Part shown: positions 58,501-64,000 of the stretch, in pieces
Layout of the letters: each line of letters opens with the position of its first letter
Numbering within the stretch: the first letter of the stretch is position 1
Assembly (NCBI GenBank): GCA_950097015.1
Contig: CATNEN010000038.1
Coordinates: 1,364,001 to 1,428,000 of the forward strand
DNA length: 64,000 nt
Origin: Macrostomum hystrix
Taxonomy: Eukaryota > Animalia > Platyhelminthes
Reading direction: 5' to 3'
The notes under the pieces: generated by a model
What the model was told of the DNA's origin: nothing
Database searches by the model: none
The model's input: only the letters and a program-made list of their open reading frames with translations
Made by a program: the position numbers and the translations under genes

Positions 58501-61500
58501 ACAGCACATTCTTACTGGTACAGGTCAGGTTAGGTACAGGTCATTCAACAGCTTGTCAACTCCAATCCATCTGGTCATTCAACAGCTTGTCAACTGCAAT
58601 CCACCTGGTCATTCAACAGCTTGTCAACTGCAATCCACCTGGTCATTCAACAGCTTGTCAACTGGAATCCATCTGGTCATTCAACAGCTTGTCAACTGCA
58701 ATCCATCTGGTCATTCAACAGCTTGTCAACTGGAATCCATCTGGTCATTCAACAGCTTGTCAACTGCAATCCACCTGGTCATTCAACAGCTTGTCAACTG
58801 CAATCCACCTGGTCATTCAACAGCTTGTCAACTGCAATCCACCTGGTCATTCAACAGCTTGTCCACCACAATCCAACTGGTCCTTTTGAATATCCCAATT
58901 AAGCCAAGGTCTTGTGATTTATCTCACCTGTCTTGTATTTCCGGCAGATTTTGAGTCAGCTGTTGGGATTCTAAATCTTCCTCTGGAATGACTTCAAGGT
59001 CTTGATGCTGCTGCTGCTGCTTTCGTTCCTGTTGATGTTGCTGATTACGCTGCAGCTGAAGCATCTCGGTATCGGCTGATGTTCTATTAAATCTGGCTAG
59101 AATCAGCCGGCCTCCCATCCTGAAGCACAGCTGGCACCTGCCCGCAAGCGTCAGTAGTAGCAGAGCGATGGCCGCAGCCAGAGCTGGCAAAGCCCATGCC
59201 AGAACCCATCGCATCAGCGTTAAATTTGCGCCGCAACTGACGCAAATAGCTGAGCCTTGCTTCTCATTAATGCTTTTGTCATTGTCAACCATTGCCGAGG
59301 CTGCAAAAGCGGCTGTCGACTGCACAATCGCCACGCACCACGGAGCTGCAAGCATCAGGCATATTGTTTGGCTGCTATCCCTTCTGACAATGCCGCCTTT
59401 GCTGTTGCTGATCCTGATCCTGCTCTGTACCTGACTGCGCACACTAATACAGGCGTTGACGCTGCAGCAGATGCTGTGCAGGAAAGCCAAGTGGCACTGA
59501 ATTGTGTCCAGATACAATGACGCTGTGCAGAGTGGGTCAGCCAGTGACGAGTCTGTGTGCGAATTCGGCCATTTGAGGACATGAGGAATCTGACAAAATC
59601 CCTTCTGGAATCTTATAAAATCCCATCAGGAATCTGATGAATTCCCATTAGGAATCTGATAAAATCCCATTCGGAATCTTACAAAATATCTGAGCTTGTG
59701 GAATCTGACAAGAATCTGATCTAGAATCTGACAAAATCCAATCAGGAATCTTATAAAATCCTATCAGGAATCTGACGAACTCCCATCAGGAATCTTACTC
59801 GTATCAGGAATCTGACGAATTCCCGTCAGGAATCTGACACAATCCAACGTGGAATCTGACTAAATCGTATTCGGAATCTTACAAAATATCTGAGCATGTG
59901 GAATCTGATAAAATCCCATCAGGAATCTGAAAAAATCCCATCAGAAATCTGAAAAAATCCCATCAGAAATCTGACAAATTTCGATCTGAAATCTGGTATA
60001 ATCCTGTCAAGAATCTGACTAAATCCTTATCAGTGCCTCAATGCTCTCCCTCAATTAAAGTAAACAAAACAACTGAACAGTTCCAATTTTTTAAAGTGCA
60101 TCCAACTGCGTCCTGGGAAGTCGGCGCGAGAAATGGATTAAAGTCAAGAACAGTTCGGTGAAACGAAATCCTGTCCCCAGTTCTAGGCATTCTGTCTCGC
60201 AGCTGCCAGCCATACACAATGCCTCTAGGATTGCGCGCGGCGTCTCTTTTCTCTCCCGGCTGTAAATCTTTGTCCGCGCCATTGCGCCTAATTCTCTTTC
60301 ATTTCCTTCTACTGCTGATTCTTGCTTTCATTAGCCAGCTTCAAGCCAGAAGACGGCAAATACGAAAGTAGGCCGCGATGCTTTTTGTGGCGTGTCTATT
60401 AGCAATATGGCCAGCTGATGCGAATTGTAGATCACAAGCGGCTCGCCAGTCTTATTTGCTAAACCTGACCTCTGAATGCAACTATTTATGTGTCACTTTA
60501 ATACACATCGTCTACTTCTCCTATCCTATCTACTTCTCAGCTATCCTATCTAATTCTCTTCTGTCCAATCTACTTCTTCTCTGTCCAATCTACTTCTCTT
60601 CTGTCAAATCTACTTCTCAGCTGTCCAATCTACTTCTCTTCTGTCTAATCTAATTCTCTTCTGTCGAAACTACTTCTCAGCTGTCCAATCTACTTCTCTT
60701 CTGTCTAATCTACTTCTCAGCTGTCCAATCTACTTCTCTTCTGTCTAATCTAATTCTCTTCTGTCCAATCTACTTCTTCTCTGTCCAATCTACTTCTCTT
60801 CTGTCGAATCTACTTCTCAGCTGTCCAATCTACTTCTCTTCTGTCTAATCTACTTCTCAGCTGTCCAATCTACTTCTCTTCTGTCTAATCTAATTCTCTT
60901 CTGTCGAATCTACTTCTCAGCTGTCCAATCTACTTCTCTTCTGTCAAATCTACTTCTCAGCTGTCCAATCTACTTCTCTTCTGTCTAATCTAATTCTCTT
61001 CTGTCGAATCTACTTCTCAGCTGTCCAATCTACTTCTCTTCTGTCTAATCTACTTCTCAGCTGTCCAATCTACTTCTCTTCTGTCTAATCTACTTATCTT
61101 CTGTCTAATCTACTTCTCTTCTGTCCAATCTACTTCTTCTCTGTCCAATCTACTTCTCTTCTGTCTAATCTACTTCTCTTCTGTCTAATCTACTTCTCTT
61201 CTGTCCAATCTACTTCTTCTCTGTCCAATCTACTTCTCTTCTGTCGAATCTACTTCTCAGCTGTCCAATCTACTTCTCTTCTGTCTAATCTACTTCTCAG
61301 CTGTCCAATCTACTTCTCTTCTGTCTAATCTAATTCTCTTCTGTCGAATCTACTTCTCAGCTGTCCAATCTACTTCTCTTCTGTCAAATCTACTTCTCAG
61401 CTGTCCAATCTACTTCTCTTCTGTCTAATCTAATTCTCTTCTGTCGAATCTACTTCTCAGCTGTCCAATCTACTTCTCTTCTGTCTAATCTACTTCTCAG

Positions 61501-64000
61501 CTGTCCAATCTACTTCTCTTCTGTCTAATCTACTTCTCTTCTGTCTAATCTACTTCTCTTCTGTCCAATCTACTTCTTCTCTGTCCAATCTACTTCTCTT
61601 CTGTCTAATCTACTTCTCTTCTGTCGAATCTACTTCTCAGCTGTCCAGTCTACTTTTCAGCTGTCATATCTACTTCTCCTATCCGAAGGTGTATGCTTTT
61701 CGAACCCAAATAAACCTGACTCACCTAAAAGTTGCGCTGCTGCAGCCAGCGGGCCGTTTAGGACGCACTGCATCACCATGGCAACGCACACTGACATTAT
61801 AAAATAGTAGACACCGGTGTTAAGCGTTGAGGCTATCAACAAAATCAAACAATTTAGAATCAAGGACGCTAACAGCAGCAGCAGCAGCAGCAACAGAAGC
61901 ATGATTTGAGTTATTGCCATCTCTCACTCAATCTGTCGCCGGGACTTTTCTTTCAATTTTAATTCCTCAGTTTTAAAGACAGAAGCGTTACTGCTGCTGT
62001 CATTCTCTTGTTCTTCCCGACACTATATTTTAATATATTTCTTTACCGCCACTCTGATAGCGCTGTGCGCTTCCCATTGGCTGGCATTGAGGTTGACAAC
62101 GATGGCATCTTACAAAGTTATTTCCAAGATCATTCAGTGAGATCCCCAAATCATTTAACAGCTTTACCCCAAATTATTTGACAGCAGATCCCTAAATCCT
62201 TTGACAGCAGATCCCCAAATCCTTTGACAGCAGATCCCCAAATCCTTTGACAGCAGACCCCCAAATCCTTTGACAGCAGATCCCCAAATCCTTTGACAGC
62301 AGATCCCCCAATCCTTTGACAGCAGATCCCTAAATCCTTTGACAGCAGTTCCCCAAATCCTTTGACAGCAGATCCCCCAATCCTTTGACAGCAGATCCCT
62401 AAATCCTTTGACAGCAGTTCCCCAAATCCTTTGACAGCAGATCCCCAAATCCTTTGACAGCAGATCCCCAAATCCTTTGACAGCAGATCCCCAAATCCTT
62501 TGATAGCAGTACCCGAGCCCACAATTAGCCGCTCAATGATCTTTCGCAAATCTCGTCTCCTCGCAGCTACCCGGGCCCCGTGAAGCTGATCAGGCGCACC
62601 CAGGACGAGATGATCACCACTGGGCGGCCGGGCGATCTCGCGACCAACCGAGGCAACCAGCTACTGCTGGCCCTGCTGAAGCGGCGCTACCCGAATCTGT
62701 TCGACTCTTCGTCCACTGCCTCGGGCACTCTGCTGGTCCTGACTGGCTTTCTGGCTAGAGGACAGAAGGTGAGTAATGAGCAGCTGCTTGTCGAGTCAAT
62801 GATTTATTGGGTTTCTGATTGTCTAATGGGTGAGAGTGTTTCTGATTGTCTAATGGGTGAGAGTGTTTCTAATTATCTAATGGGTGAGAGTGTTTCTAAT
62901 TATCTAATGGGTGAGAGTGTTTCTAATTGTCTAATGGGTGAGTGTGTTTCTAATTATCTAATGGGTGAGAGTGTTTCTAATTGTCTAATGGGTGAGAGTG
63001 TTTCTAATTATCTAATGGGTGAGAGTGTTTCTAATTGTCTAATGGGTGAGAGTGTTTTTAATTATCTAATGGGTGAGAGTGTTTCTAATTGTCTAATGGG
63101 TGAGAGTGTTTCTAATTATCTAATGGGTGAGTGTGTTTCTAATTGTCTAATGGGTGCGTGTGTTTCTAATTATCTAATGGGTGAGAGTGTTTCTAATTGT
63201 CTAATGGGTGAGAGTGTTTCTAATTATCTAATGGGTGAGAGTGTTTCTAATTGTCTAATGGGTGAGAGTGTTTTTAATTATCTAATGGGTGAGTGTGTTT
63301 CTAATTGTCTAATGGGTGAGAGTGTTTTTAATTATCTAATGGGTGAGAGTGTTTCTAATTGTCTAATGGGTGAGAGTGTTTCTAATTGTCTAATGGGTGA
63401 GAGTGTTTCTAATTATCTAATGGGTGAGTGTGTTTCTAATTGTCTAACTGTGAGAATGGCATTCCTGTCCGGACGCCCTTAGGCCCAGCTGGCTGAGTAC
63501 CTGGCCTCGGTTGGCTACATTGGCGACGCCGCCTGCCTGCGTCATCTGGCCGGCAGCAAGCGTCGCCGATTGAAACAGATCAATAATAATGATCAGCTCT
63601 ACCCGTTGGACATTGGCGCGGGCCTGAGCCAATCGGACCGAGTCAGCATTCTGCTCTTCTTGGTCAGTGATTTTCTAATTCATGTAGTCCATGTGAAAGT
63701 TTTAGTCTCATATTTACTACTTCCAATCGATAGTAGTATTTTTAGAGTGTACAATATATCTATTTTTTCAACTATCGCCTCCAAGCGTAGAGAATTACAC
63801 TGGCGAGTAAATTTCGTGCATTTCGTGCAGGTCGGCAAGCTGCTAGTGAACATGGAGTCCACACACTGCACCCCACTCACCCCGGGCCTCTTCACTCCGC
63901 CCTGGTCTGAGCTGACTGATCCAGGGCTTGCCGATAATCATCAGCAGCAGCTGGACGAAGACGGTCAATTGCTCATCTCGGATCCTTCAGTCGGACCTAG
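52560..64000 (+). CDS. ABHD16A: ABHD16A/BAT5-like phosphatidylserine lipase; exons 52560-52625, 52730-52786, 52881-52962, 53827-54260, 55348-55578, 56007-56299, 62567-62768, 63483-63662, 63831->64000 (runs off the window)
   Basis: GPRLYR, GR..NPSY, FDFDF.AWP, RM.YPG, CCEGNAGY.EIG, GWNHPGFAGSTGLPFP, nucleophile AWSIGG, LDATFD, YPGPVKLIRRTQDEMI, NRGN.LL, YP..IG, STHCTPL; all splice phases compatible. Confidence 0.93.
53180..53705. repeat. Intronic minisatellite, ~30-bp unit CACACTCCCAAATCCCCAGTACATGTTCCC
   Basis: About 17 direct repeats. Confidence 0.93.
54278..55160. repeat. Two abutting intronic minisatellites: 30-bp unit (GCTGCAAGATTGGCAGTTATTTGCAGATCT, ~13 copies), then a ~44-bp unit (AGATCTATAACCAGATGCTTTTAGATCTGCAGTCAGTTGTTGAT, ~11 copies)
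   Basis: Direct repeats starting ~20 nt after the donor at 54260. Confidence 0.93.
55650..55990. repeat. Intronic minisatellite, 21-bp unit ACAATCTACCTACATCCATTC
   Basis: About 16 direct repeats ending near the acceptor at 56006. Confidence 0.93.
56322..57042. repeat. Intronic minisatellite, ~29-bp unit (CTGTGCTCACTGTTTCTGCTTGTCCAACAAT-type)
   Basis: About 24 direct repeats just after the donor at 56299. Confidence 0.95.
57440..57986. repeat. Minisatellite, ~23-bp unit TACAGCCACTTAGAACAGTACCA
   Basis: About 23 direct repeats. Confidence 0.95.
58138..61920 (-). CDS. Divergent rhodopsin-like 7TM receptor nested antisense in ABHD16A intron 6; exons 61920-61725, 59552-58928, 58438-58138 (~373 aa)
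   Basis: TM1 with LILN, TM2 VLNGPL, TM3 LCTASLYLD, TM4 APW, ECL2 C, TM5 WALP, TM6 FWSPY, TM7 SSCLAYPVFFL; phases 1 and 2 compatible (1122 nt). Confidence 0.75.
58535..58880. repeat. Intronic minisatellite, ~34-bp unit GGTCATTCAACAGCTTGTCAACTGCAATCCACCT
   Basis: About 10 direct repeats. Confidence 0.93.
59583..60030. repeat. Degenerate ~21-bp minisatellite (GGAATCTGACAAAATCCCATCA-like)
   Basis: Recurrent GGAATCTGA motif. Confidence 0.8.
60510..61682. repeat. Intronic minisatellite, 20-bp unit CTGTCCAATCTACTTCTCTT, ~58 copies
   Basis: Direct repeats. Confidence 0.95.
62140..62510. repeat. Intronic minisatellite, 23-bp unit CAGATCCCCAAATCCTTTGACAG
   Basis: About 16 direct repeats upstream of the acceptor at 62566. 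Confidence 0.93.
62805..63455. repeat. Intronic minisatellite, 27-bp unit GTTTCTAATTGTCTAATGGGTGAGAGT, ~24 copies
   Basis: Direct repeats filling ABHD16A intron 7. Confidence 0.95.

Overview
Eukaryotic (metazoan) genomic DNA with GT-AG introns, GC-rich exons and very dense minisatellites. The style resembles a free-living flatworm such as Macrostomum, but that is inference. Spliced or intronless host genes reconstructed by hand: an NPY/NPF-like GPCR (-), an orphan class-A GPCR (+), an 11-exon transglutaminase (-, one GC-AG intron), a 5-exon ankyrin-repeat/Mab-21 (cGAS-like) nucleotidyltransferase (-), a FABP (-), a METTL24/FkbM-like methyltransferase (-), a GT32 DxD glycosyltransferase (-), and ABHD16A (+, runs off the right end) with a divergent 3-exon GPCR nested antisense in its intron 6. 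Mobile DNA: a 5.6-kb internally deleted Polinton/Maverick (AGTAGT ends, ~0.7-0.8-kb TIRs, perfect TCTGAC target-site duplication, integrase and PC4-like genes), a degenerate intron-containing Crypton tyrosine recombinase beside a Myb/SANT ORF, a Tc1/IS630-like element with DD30E spacing, a piggyBac remnant and three tRNA-derived SINE families. Most long ORFs in the supplied track are tandem-repeat artefacts. Strongest leads: the ANK-cGLR, which has no in-frame ATG; the mini-Polinton; and intronic minisatellites that abut splice sites and repeat splice-signal-like motifs.
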